64,000 nt of DNA from Ruditapes philippinarum (taxonomy: Eukaryota): positions 186,001 through 250,000 of the forward strand of contig NW_026857358.1 of the NCBI RefSeq assembly GCF_026571515.1, in the 5' to 3' direction. This document shows positions 1 to 13,200 of this stretch, in pieces. Below the pieces are notes generated by a model that was not told where the DNA came from, ran no database searches, and saw nothing but the letters and a program-made list of their open reading frames with translations. Each line of letters begins with the position of its first letter. Positions within the stretch are counted from its first letter, which is position 1. Made by a program: the position numbers and the translations under genes.

Positions 1-297
1 GCTCACTCGGTGAAATATATTCCGATCTTACACTAAACTAAACAACTTTTATTTATATACAAAGAAACGTTTAAAAAGACATTTTAACCCAATACTAAAC
101 GAAAAGCCGCCAACGTGACGTCATTTACTTCATTAATTTAAGTTGGTACGCTGGTATATCACTGAAACAACGTAATGGGCTAAAATTTAAAACAGTGAAA
201 AAAAATCAAATTGATATTTTCACTGTTTTAAACAATGAAATATCAGTTTTATATTTTACTGATATATTTCTTTAAACCACCGAAAAGCATGTAATAA
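1..297. mobile_element. End of a probable non-autonomous DNA element with internal palindromes
   Basis: Perfect 16-bp inverted repeat TTTAAAACAGTGAAAA (186-201) / TTTTCACTGTTTTAAA (217-232) and a second imperfect one (ATATCAGT..ACTGATAT); truncated by the window edge. Confidence 0.35.
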
Positions 298-329
298 TTA
301 TTCGTTTACAATATCCTTCTATAAAATTC

Positions 330-635
330 ATAGACAAAATTAATACACACATTTCATACACAATATCCCTATACATGTACATTATTTATTCACAGTTTTC
401 TTTGACAATCTTTATTTACAATATAAAATAATAAATATTTATTCACAAAATTTATTTTCAATATTCATTTTCAATATACATTCACATTTTTCATTTTCAA
501 TATATCCTTTCACTCACAATATTCATTTACAATATTCATTTTCAATATCTATTCACAATATTCATTCACAAAATCACAATGTTCATTTTCAATAATTTTT
601 ATGGAAACACAATGTTCACTTACAATAAATCAATA
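330..635. repeat. Low-complexity degenerate TTCACAATAT-type repeat
   Basis: Recurring ATTCAC/ACAATATTC motifs, almost no G. Confidence 0.6.
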
Positions 636-776
636 TAATATTATTGTTAACCAAATATATCATGATAATTATCATAAATGTGATATGTTTAATTAGATTG
701 AAGTTTCTGATAATAATTTTCTAATAGAAATCTATGATATTATGTCTCATACTAAAGTAACCGAAAATCAATCAAC

Positions 777-975
777 TAGCTCGATGACTTCTAATCCAGT
801 TACCTCTCTGGCATGGGTTCGATCCCCGGGAGATGCTTTGGTAGTTTAGCGCGGAGGAAGGTAGTCTAGTACTGGTTTAACTCTCCAGGAACGATGGTTA
901 GGAAACTACCCGCCTATATGACTGAAATACTGTTGGGAAAAGGCGTAAAAATGAAACAAACAAACAAACAAAAAC
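777..975 (+). mobile_element. tRNA-derived SINE remnant
   Basis: Pol III B-box GGTTCGATCC (816-825), 3' ATATGACTGAAATACTGTTG...GGCGTAAAA and (AAAC)n tail. Confidence 0.65.
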
Positions 976-1110
976 TAGCTATTTTTTTAACTCTTACAAA
1001 ACGTTAAATTTCGAACCAGCTTCAAAGATTTGGAAAATAATTGTTTTAGGTTTTTGACATTTAATCTAACTTCTTTGTTTATTGGATTTTGTGGTTTGCA
1101 CTTCTTACAG

Positions 1111-1265
1111 ACATGATTGCTATACCAAGCTTTATATCTGGTGCTATGGAACACTGGGGTTTGATTGGGTTCCGTGAGGTAAACATGCTGTATGATGAAA
1201 CACAAGCGTCCGCCGCTAACAAACAACGTGTCGCTGTGGTAGTCGCACATGAAATTGCTCACATG
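1111..1265 (+). CDS. ENPEP: ENPEP-like exon a ([17 protein letters not shown]...HEIAHM)
   Basis: cttcttacAG acceptor, GTccgt donor; exopeptidase motif and HEXXH zinc motif. Confidence 0.93.
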
Positions 1266-4200
1266 GTCCGTATATTAAGCAACACTTAAACTTTAAATTT
1301 ATTTTTATAGCTATAAACATTTTTATTTTAGTTGGATTGTTATAAATGCTTACACTGTGTCGCGTGGCCAGCCTCTTGAATTAACCAGTTTCATAATATT
1401 ATGTGGAAACATGATTTATGATTGCAGTACAGATCGAACTCATAACCGCCAGACACCTTAACTAAAAGGCTTACAGCTTCCTTTTAACATTTTATTAAAG
1501 ACTACATTTGCTAAAAATACCATTTATTTTATAAACTACCAGCATATAAAGAACAATTTAATTACATTTTTTGCTGTTGCTGTTTTTTTATTATTATTAT
1601 TCTTAAACAAATTGAAGGTTTGTGCTTTTATAAGTAATTCTTGTCATGTTTACATTTTAANNNNNNNNNNNNNNNNNNNNNNNNNNNNNNNNNNNNNNNN
1701 NNNNNNNNNNNNNNNNNNNNNNNNNNNNNNNNNNNNNNNNNNNNNNNNNNNNNNNNNNNNNNNNNNNNNNNNNNNNNNNNNNNNNNNNNNNNNNNNNNNN
1801 NNNNNNNNNNNNNNNNNNNNNNNNNNNNNNNNNNNNNNNNNNNNNNNNNNNNNNNNNNNNNNNNNNNNGTTTTAAATGTATATGTTATATATCAGTGGTT
1901 TGGAAACATAGTAACAATGGATTGGTGGGATGATTTATGGCTGAATGAAGGGTTTGCAAGTTTTGTGGAATATATTGGTGTTGATGAGACTGAACCAGAC
2001 TGGGAAATGGTAATAAATTGTTCAAATCATTCGCTTGATTCATAATCCTTACCCTCCTGCATTTATGTAATGAACAACACATTAAAAAATCAGGGATCTA
2101 AATATTTCACAAATTCTGAGCTACCAACATAATAGCTTGGTCAGCGGATTTCATGCTATTCACTTTCGGCTCCAGCAGGTTAAAAAATTTAAATTGTTCA
2201 ACATATTTTTTATTTACACTTTAAAATATGAATATTTGTTTAAATGAAACTTTGTTTGTTTTATTTTGCCACAAACTAGTTTATAGAAATATTTTCTGAA
2301 CTCATGTTATTTCAAATCTTCAAATGATTCTTATGTAAGCATTTCTTTCTGAACCCTTTTTAGTGAACCCCCAATTCTGTTTTATGTATGTAATTGTAAT
2401 GTTTTGTCAATCATGCAGTCATATCGTTAACATATAGATCAGATGGTAGTTGATGTAATGCTTTGTTAATCACGAAGTCATATCGTTAACAGATAGATCA
2501 TATAGTAGTTGATGTAATGCCTTGTTAATCACAAAGTCATATCGTTAACAGGTGGATCAGATAGTAGTTGATGTAATGCTTTGTTAATCACGAAGTCATA
2601 TCGTTAACAGGTGGATCATATAGTAGTTGATGTAATGCCTTGTTAATCACGAAGTCATATCGTTAACAGGTGGATCAGATAGTAGTTGATGTAATGCTTT
2701 GTTAATCACGAAGTCATATCATTAACAGATAGATCAGATGGTAGTTGATGTAATGCTTTGTTAATCACGAAGTCATATCGTTAACAGATAGATCAGATTG
2801 TAGTTGATGTAATGCTTTGTTAATCACGAAGTCATATCGTTTACAGGTGGATCAGATGGTAGTTGATGTAATGCTATGTTAATCACGAAATCATATCGGT
2901 AACAGATATAGCAGATGAAAGTTGACGTAATGCTTTGTAACAGATAGATCACATAGTAGATGTTGTAATGTTTTGTTACTCACGAAGTCATATCGTTAAC
3001 AGATGGTAGTTGATGTAATGCTTTGTTAATCACGAAGTCATATCGGTAACAGGTGGATCAGATGGTAGTTGACGTAATGCTTTGTTAATAACGAAGTCAT
3101 ATCGTTAACAGGTGGATCAGATGGTAGTTGATGAAATGCTTTGTTAATCACGAAGTCATATCGGTAACAGATAGATCAAATGGTAGTTGTTGTAAGGCTT
3201 TGTTAATCACGAAGTCATATCGTTAACAAATGGATTAGATGGAAGTTGATGTAATGCCTTGTTAATCACGAAGTCACATCGTTTACAGATATATCAGATG
3301 GTTGTTGATGTAATGCTTTGTTAATCACGAAGTCATATCGTTAACAGATATATCAGATGGTTGTTGATGTAATGCTTTGTTAATCACGAAGTCATATCGT
3401 TAACAGGTGGATAAGACGGTAGTCGATGTAATGCTTTGTTAATCACGAAGGCATATCGTTAACAATGAATCAGATGGTAGTTGTTGTAATGCTTTGTTAA
3501 TTACGAAGTCAAATCGGTAAAAGGTAGATCAGATGGTAGTTGATGTAATGCTTTCTTAATCACGAAGTCAATTCGTTAACAGATAGATCACATAGTAGAT
3601 GTTGTAATGTTTTGTTACTTACGAAGTCATATCATTAACAGATGGATCAGCTTGTAGTTGATGTAATGCTTTGTTAATTTCGAAATCATATCGTTAACAG
3701 ATAGATCAGATGGTAGTTGATGTAATGCTTTGTTTATCACCAAGTTATATCGTTAACAGGTGGATCAGACAGTAGTTGTTGTAATGCTTTGTTAATCACG
3801 AAGTCATATCGTTAACAGGTGGATCAGACAGTAGTTGATGTAATGCTTTGTTAATCACCAAGTTATATCGTTAACAGATGGATCAGATGGTAGTTGTTAT
3901 GCTTTGTTAATCACGAAGTCATATCGGTAACAGGTAGATCAGATGGTAGTTGATGTAATGCCTTGTTAATCATAAAGTCATATCGTTAACAGGTGGATCA
4001 GATAGTAGTTCTTAAAATGCTTTGTTAATTACGAAGGCATATCGTGAACAGATAGATCAGATGGTAGCTGATGTAATGCTTTGTTAGTCACGAAGTCATA
4101 TCGGTAACAGGTAGATCAGATGGTAGTTTATGTAGTGCTTTGTTAATCACAAAGTCATATCGGTAACATGTGGATCAGATGGTAGTTGATGTAATGCTTT

Positions 4201-7200
4201 GTTAATCACGAAGTCATATTGTTAACAGATGGATCAGATGGTAGTTGTTGTAATGCTTTGTTAATCACAAAGTCATATCGGTAACATGTGGATCAGATGG
4301 TAGTTGATGTAATGCTTTGTTAATCACGAAGTCATATCGTTAACAGATGCATCAGTTTGTAGTTGATGTAATGCTTTGTTAATAACAAAGTCATATCGTA
4401 AACAGATAGATCAGATGGTAGTTGTTGTAATGCTTTGTAAATCACGAAGTCATATCGGTAACAGATAGATCAGATTGTAGATATTGTAATGCTTTGTTAA
4501 TCACGAAGTCATATCGTTAACAGGTGGATCAGATAGTAGATGTTATAATGCTTTGTAAATCACGAAGTCATATCGTTAACAGGTGGATCAGATGGTAGTT
4601 GATGTAATGCTTTGTTAATCACGAAGTCATATCGTTTACAAATAAATCAGATTGTAGATATTGTAATGCTTTGTTAGTCACGAAGTCATATCGTTAACAA
4701 GTGGATCAGATAGTAGTTGATGTAATGCTTTGTTAATCACGAAGGCATATCGTTAACAATGAATCAGATGGTAGTTGTTGTAATGCTTTGTTAATCACGA
4801 AGTCATATCGTTAACAAATGGATCAGATGGTAGTTGTTGTAATGCTTTGTTAATCACGAAGTCATATCGTTAACAGGTAGATCAGATAGTAGTTGATGTA
4901 ATGCCTTGTTAATCACGAAGTCACATCGTTAACAGATATATCAGATGGTAGTTGTTGTAATGCTTTGTTAATCACGAAGTCATATCGTTAACAGGTAGAT
5001 CAGATAGTAGTTCTTGTAATGCTTTGTTAATCACGAAATCATATCGTTAACAGATGAATCAGATAGTTGTTGATGTAATGCTTTGTTAATCAGGAAGTCA
5101 TATCGTTAACAGATAGATCAGATTGTAGTTGATGTAATGCTTTGTTAATTACGAAATCATATCGGTAACAGATAGATCAGATGGTAGTTGATGTAATGCT
5201 ATGTTAATCACGAAATCATATCGGTAACAGGTAGATCAGATGGTAGTTGATGTAATGTTTTGTTAATTACGAAATCATATCGGTAACAGGTAGATCAGAT
5301 GGTAGTTGATGTAATGTTTTGTTAATTACGAAATCATATCGGTAACAGATCGATTAGATGGTAGTTGATGAAATGCTTTGTTAATTACGAAATCATATTG
5401 TTAACAGATCAGATGGTAGTTGATGTAATGCTTTGTTAATTACGAAATCATATCGTTAACAGATGGATCAGATGGTAGTTGATGATGTCAAGCCTGTCAT
5501 GGTTACAGACGCTGGAGTCAACTCACATCCTATTGTAGTACCAGTCAGCCATCCTAACCAGATCACTGAAGTTTTCGATGCCATTTCTTACAGCAAGGTC
5601 AAATACATGTGTATAAACTTACCGCGTGAAACGTTCAACCATTTACTTGTTTATCTAATCTATACTCGACTTCTCTTTCCTTCATATCAGTGAAGACTTC
5701 CAGATTCTGTGATCGAACATACATCCAATGTTTTCAGATTCTTGTGCATTAAGTTCGGCACTGTTCAGTGTTTTTTTTACTTGGATTTCATATGCATATT
5801 TAGTTTTTTATATAACTGAATTACTGATGTTTGTTAATAGAATTGCAACACATCATTTACAAGGATTAGTTTTGGTGTTTAGGTTTAGTTCGTTTCTTCA
5901 TGTATTTATTGACAAATAATGGATATGTTTTACAGACAACATTTATTTCATTCCTCAGAGTTCATGTGTGCCCAAGACGTCACAGATTTATGTTTTTCAT
6001 TAAGCGTTGTATCTCTGTATATTTTAATCTCTTCTTAACTTTTCAGGGGGCATCGATTCTCCGAATGTTACAAGAGATGATGGGGAGCGGGGTGTTTTTT
6101 GATGGTATATCAACATATTTGAAGAAGTACGAATGGTCAACAGCCACTACTAATGACCTCTGGGACGACCTCGGACAGGTTAGCAAATGCTTATCTGTAA
6201 CTATCTGTAAAGTCATTAGACAATGTTTAGGGTTTCCCGTTCCATAACATATTTATGTAACCCTTTTTGATAGGTTTACATAATGTTGTATAGTTTTTAT
6301 GCGTGTAAACTTTATTTTTATCATATGTTTAACTACAGAAAGTAATAGAAACTATATGAATCGTTAAAGATAGAACAACAAAATGATCAGAGCAATAACA
6401 AAATATTATTTTCAAATTTGGACATGAATGTTACATGCGGAATAAAAGTATGGAAGAAATTACGCGATTCATGTACCTTTATAAGCTTTATACGCCTGTT
6501 TGACCTGGTAAGAGCTGTAAGTAGGTTGGTGGTGTAAATGCCACGTTATAAGATGTTCAACCGTTTTTCAACCCGCCACGTGCAGACTTCGCTACTAGAT
6601 AAGTTTTTGTTAAGAAAAGAACATTATCTCTAAATTATTAGGTGCCCGTGGCTGGATACAGTGTGAAGGAGGTCATGGACACATGGACCTTACAGATGGG
6701 TTTACCTTATATAAACGTGACCTATGTAAATAGTGGTAGCAAAACACGTGTCACAGCGTCTCAAAAACGTTTCCTGGCAGATAAAAACATGAACTACGAC
6801 GAAAATGAGTCTCCTTTTAGGTAATTTGAAATATAAATAGTGTATAAGTTTGTTTTCAATATTGTTTTGTTATACTTGGTTTTCATTAACGTTGAACAAA
6901 AACATACATAAGAACCCAAGGTCGCTCCCTACCGGTCGCTTCCTTTTAGGTTATTAATTGTTAAATTCACTTTATAAACACTAACATGTACGTATTTCAT
7001 TCCATGGTACGGTTTCTATTTGTAAAAGAACTAATAATAACAGCTCATATCTGAGTATTTTCTGATTCCTTTATTAAATCAAATCATGAGAATGCAATAA
7101 AAGGGTACAGATTACATTAAATGAGTACTTCTGATTTTTCTTTTATTTTAATCATCGCTGGTGTGTGCATTAGGCTGCTATCAGAGAGCTCCAACGAAGC

Positions 7201-10200
7201 CAATCTGTACTTTAACCTCCATTTCTTTGTCTGGGTATCTTCTACATGTTGCCTTTGCTTTTCACATTTTCCTTCTCCCTATTGGGTGTACACCTCGTGA
7301 CAACTTTGGGGATGACTGTCTTTTCCATCTGCAGTACATGACCAGTCTAACAATGCATTCTGCATTTTATCTATTTTGAAAGTGTACTAATATGTACTAA
7401 TATGTTTTGTTAATTGTTAACAGATATAAATGGTTTGTACAGCTGGATTATATAGACAATGGTGAATATAAAATAAAGTGGATCACAAAAGATGACGATT
7501 CTGGTAAATATTCATTTTCTTTTATCACAGAGCTATTATATAAGTCTCTGCTTTTACATCTTAAAAATCATTATTTGTAGGTGTAGGTAACCACAGGCAT
7601 TTTATATCTTGTAATATTGATAGGAAAGTTTTTAAGTATCAATCAATGGTTAATATTTTGTATATTTTCGATGTACATAACTTTAGGTATTTTCATATCC
7701 TCTGACATTTGTAGATAAAGGGAGGAACCCCTTGGGTTTTTCCTATCACATTTTAAGTCAAATCTTCAAAAGCTTCTAGATTTACATTTTCATGATAATG
7801 ACGATGCTATTTCATGATGATTTTATGCGTTAGTTGTAGTTATACTCGTATTCTTAATACATTGCAATTCATCGTTTTCCCAACATATACAAATGTATGT
7901 ATTAATTTAGTTTCATTTGATGTGAACACTGACATGAGCCAAGGGAACGCTTTAATCAAGTTCAATGTGAATGACACCGGTTTCTACAGAGTGAACTATC
8001 CCCCGGATGTTTGGAGAAGAATAGCAGACGCTCTGGAATCTCAAGGACCAGCAGCTGTGTGTATAGTTTATCATTGATTGCTTTTTTAGAGACAAAAACA
8101 AACAAAACACCAAAGAATCAATTTACATGTTGAGAAACATATTTACATGTTGAGAAAATATAGACATTGTGACGAAAAACAATTCATCTGCTGAATTTCT
8201 TAAATGGACATGTGCAGTATGCATGTTATCCATATAAAGGGACGAACTTTAAAGTTAATCAGCTAACAGTATAGAGCCTGGTCAGACTTCACGGATGTGC
8301 AAGATGGCGTGGCTCCATATTTTGGCAAAGGTTACACTTTTTGGTCAGCATGGTGAGGGCTAATGTACATCAAAGATTAATAATAATGATTCTCTCATCT
8401 TCTAGTAATCGATGTAATTATTAACGATTTCCAATGTACAATTCAGTTCATCTCACGTGCCATCAACTTATAACTCGAGCTTTTTTACAATATCATACTT
8501 TATGTTAAACAGAAGATTATATAGCACAATCTTAAAGAAATTAAAAACTAATGAAAGATGAACTTGAAAGACAGCAGTGGACCTGTTTTGTGCATTATTT
8601 ATCCTTCTCTTTCATATTCTCTAACCTTCAGATTTCTACAACGGATCTTTTCTGTCATAAAAGTTATACTTGAGATACCGTCTTATTTTTTTTCTTCAGA
8701 TACCTTACCCTGCTGATAGGACAGGTCTTGTAGACGATGCGTTCAATCTAGCTCGTGCTGGATATATCAGTTATGAATTAGCGTTAGAAATGACCAAGTA
8801 TTTGGACAAGGAGTACCATCATTTACCATGGGACTCCGCTTACAGTGGTATAACATATATAAAAGATATGTTCATCACCAGCGGACATTTTGACTCTCTA
8901 AGGGTATGTATACAAAGAACAAATGCACAAAAAATGAATAGTAAGTCGTCAAATTTTGTACTGAATGTAAGCTGGATCATTTCCGTTTATTCTGATCCAG
9001 AAGTTGCTTCATGAAGTTTGAAATAGGCAATTTATATTGTCTGATAGTTTCTGATTATTCTTATGCATCTAAAACTTGCTGGTCTCTTTTAGAAATATTT
9101 TGCAAAGAAAGTACGTCCAGTGATGGATCGGCTTACATGGGAAGATGGTGATTCACATCTTGACAAGTGAGTTTATATACTATTTAACCCTCTAACAGTC
9201 TATAGTTAGTTAAACGATTTAAATAAAAAAAGCCAGAAAGTGAAGTTTGGCCTCGTTGTAGATTGTGGCACGAATCTGCTATAATTGTGACAAACGCTCA
9301 GGGGGTTAAATTTGAAATGTTTTTTTTTAGTTTTCTTGTTCGAAATGTTTTCTTTTTGTTGCTTATCTATATTAAACAATGCCGAGTTCCAGTATTTCTG
9401 ATTTAATCGGGCCAATCATTTTTCACTTAAATAACTTTAATGTTTGTTTTGTACAGTTTAGATCAAAGGCTTGACTGTTAAACGTTTATATTTTTGAATA
9501 AATGGAATGGTATGAGTTTTAAAATGTATGTATCGATACAATGTAAAATGTTTTCTAATTTCAGATTAATGCGATCTAATATAATACAACTAGCGTGTGA
9601 ATTTGCAGATACATATTGTCTTGGAAATGCAACTATGAAGTTTAGAGGATGGATTGACAATGGCGAATTGTATGTCAATCTATAATTTGAGATTTTGTTT
9701 CAATATTTAATCTTCATATTGGTATATTACAACGATCGGTTCAAATGGAAACATTTGTTAAAATGTAACCTTTAAGGCTTTCGGACCTCAGTTGAGTTCT
9801 CCTTATATGATAAGAGGCTGAACGGGTAGTGGGAGAAAAACCAAATGCAAGAGAAACTTAAATCAATATATTTATCATCATCTTTAATGGTTTCATTTCT
9901 TTTCATATCCGAGTAAACCATTTGTTTTCTATATTTCAGCATATCTCCTAATATAAGGACATACGTATACAAGTACGGCATGAGTTCAGAGGGTACAGAA
10001 TCAGACTGGAACTTTATGTGGAACAAATATTTACAGGAAACTGTACCTCAGGAAAAGATCAAACTGCTGTATGGTCTAGCCAATACCAAACATGTCTGGC
10101 TACTAAACAGGTTAGAATTTTTTTTTTATAAAGAACAAGAGTGTCACTTTATCAAAGAATATCCGTCACAGATACTCAGTCCTACCAGACTGAATATTTA

Positions 10201-13200
10201 CAATAAAATCGCACAATTTATGATGACGAGATATTTACAAAGAAACCTAAATTCTGTACACATCACTATACCTCTCTATGTTTTCCTCACTCACCAATAT
10301 TGCACACCTCTAATTTGTTAATACCTGCTCAAATGAAAATTTGATTGGCATCATTTGTACATTACAGATACCTTGAATTCAGCAAAAATACGACGATGAT
10401 TGGCTCACAGGATTTCTTCACGGTTGTCACGTATATTTCGAGGAATCCAGTTGGAAATCCACTAGCATGGAACTGGGTCAGAGCTAATTATGACTATATT
10501 GTGAATAGGTAAGAATGTTCGAAACATGTGACCCTGGTTCATATAGATATGGCGATGTCATGCGGCCGTTCGTTCGACCGTCTGTCAAACTTTTGTATAA
10601 GCATAAAACTGAAACTATTTGAGTCATTAATTTAAAATTCATTTGAAGTTACAACTCATTGAAGACACGTGCATTGTCGAAAGAACCATAACCCTCTAGT
10701 TATTGCCCCGGCATTTCAACTTAAACATATACATAGATCTCATTAGGGAAAAGTGCAATGCTTAGAACCATAACACTCTTTTTCATAATTGTGACCCCTT
10801 GTTGTCGTCATACTTAATTTTTGTAAGTGGGGCACAGTTCAAAAGGTATTAACTTGAACCTTCATAGATTGATAGATCACATATAGCCAGAAATGTTGCA
10901 GTGCTTAAAAACAGAACATTTTCCATAATTATGAAGTAATTGCTCTTTGTATTTTTCATACTGAACTGAAAAAGGGATGTAGCAACTTGAAGCTTCATAT
11001 CAATGAGGAAATTTGAATTGTTTAAGGACCATAACTGTCTTTTGTATTTTTTTAAATAATTGTCCTTTGTAATTTTTTCTTGTTTATTTTTTTGGTTAGG
11101 AGCATAGCTAAAAAAATATCTAAAACAATCATATCCTTTTCTTTTTCTGTTCTCTTTTCTGTAAATCTAGCCTAACCTGTAATCCTGTTATTTAACATAA
11201 TCAAATTTCTATCAATCCTGAATATTTTACTTGTAGAATGATGATAATGTCAGTGTATGCACATGCTGATCGTGGTTAGTCTCTTTCTAGCTCCTGTCAG
11301 CGATAAAATATTGAGAAACCTGTCCCTCCATGATCGCACATTTTGATAGCCAAAGGAAATTATCTTTATTCATGCATATCACTGTACTACTTCCCATCAC
11401 GCCTAATAATTACATATTTAGTGTTTTCTCAACTGATAATCGAAGCAAACACAATATTATGTACCTTACTCCCCACTTGCACTTTCACCAGACATTTTAT
11501 GCTTGCTCTTTCAGTCTCTGATTATGTCTGTTGGGTATTGTGCCATATAGACAGAGCAACATCCATCTAAACCCAGGTCCAGAGATTCAACATCCACTAG
11601 TTTTATTTCTTTATTTCTTTCGTTTATATCTAATACAATGTCAGAAATATCAGTATTAATTGAGAACAAGAATAAGGATAAGATAACGACAAGATAAACA
11701 ACTTGGGAGCTGAGTTTGGTATGTTTGAAGTCCTTGCTTTTAGTGAAACGTGGCTCAACTCTTAACATACCTTGTAATGAAATAATACTCAAAAACTTTC
11801 ATGGGCCGATAGGACAGAGAATTGTTATGGTGATGTCAGTTTTAATTAAAAAAAAATACTTTACACTACGTTAGAAGGTTTGATCTTGAAAATAGAAGTT
11901 TTTAAACACCGACTGGAATCAGTTGAAAACTGATGAAATCAACAGCTACATTTCCTATTTTAGTAACAAACTCCTAGAGCTATCTAAATCGGTCATCCTA
12001 ACGAGACAAGTAACTGTTAAGCCAAACGATGTGCCACGGGTTATAACAGATATAAAGAAACTAATACACTAGCAAAACAAATAAAGCACAAAAGGCGCTG
12101 AATTTGTTTGGGTCTTAGAATGTCAGGAAGGTGAAGGTTGTGAGAATATAATCCAATTTGTTTTTGTATAGTGCCACCAATGCTGTTTCTAGTGTTATAA
12201 ATGTAGTAAATTGGCTATAAGGCTAATTGCAACACTGATATTCAATGTTTATTTGGCTTAAACAATTTATAATAAAAAAAACGAACAAAAAAAACACAAA
12301 AAAATATGAGTTGCCTTAACTGGGATTTAAACTCCAGACTTCTGGCTTCCTAAAAGAGCGTGTAACCCCTCGACCACGGGGAAGTTATAAGATAACAACC
12401 TGTAGAAAACCACATTATTCTAGATTAAGGTTTGTTACCATATTAATTTCGAGATATTTTGTTCACGGTAAACCTGTTGTTTAACACTGATGTAAATAAT
12501 CACGGACCTTAATATAAGCATTTATATCTGTAAAGAATTACACAATATTAGAAATCTTCGACCAATCGGGAACTATTTCCCCAGGAAGGCTTGAAAAATT
12601 AATGCGCCTGTCATTTGACAATCTTTACGCAGTGATCTCACCTTAATTTTTCGGCGTTAGTGTACTTATAAAGGGAAGTAACCGCTTCGTGGAGTTCGGA
12701 CTTCTTTCGGTATTTGCAAATAAGCATATTAGGGTCTGAAATTTCGCTACTAATATTTGTTTGGTCTGACGACCCAAACAAATATAAACTACCATCACAA
12801 GAATTCATACCACTGGTACAAAATTCAGATTACTCCGTAATGAAGTACTCACACTTATATACACGCACGGTTAAACATACATAATTACTTCTTACAAATG
12901 ACCGCCAGATTCTCTCACGTCAGACTCAACTATACATGACTGGTAAAAACTTGTCAAATCTTTCATCTGTCCGACTGACTGACAAAAAAAAAATTCGCTT
13001 ATATTTTTATCAACAATGAAATACCTGTGTTTTTTACTTCCACCTACTGTAGGTGAAACTTCCAGGTTCAAACTACGCAATGCTACGAATATTCAGCTTA
13101 TTTGAAAAACGATTATCTCCTTTTTTTAATCTAAATGTTTTCCTACCACCTGCCCTGATACAATGGAACGCCCTTCCTTAGTTAAACAAATTCACTTTCA

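Noticed and set aside
1612-1875. ORFs spanning N-runs (also 47220-47523 and 54037-54468)
   Set aside because: Artefacts of translating assembly gaps.
2900-5375. Idea that stop-containing microexon copies always lose a splice site (purifying selection)
   Set aside because: True for copies near 3230 and 5350, but the copy at ~2906 has ATA TAG with both AG and GT intact, so the pattern is not consistent.
2396-5483. CRISPR-like array (also considered for the 27.4-30.1, 37 and 44-46 kb arrays)
   Set aside because: Units are contiguous tandem copies without unique spacers, no cas genes, and the context is a eukaryotic intron or intergenic region.
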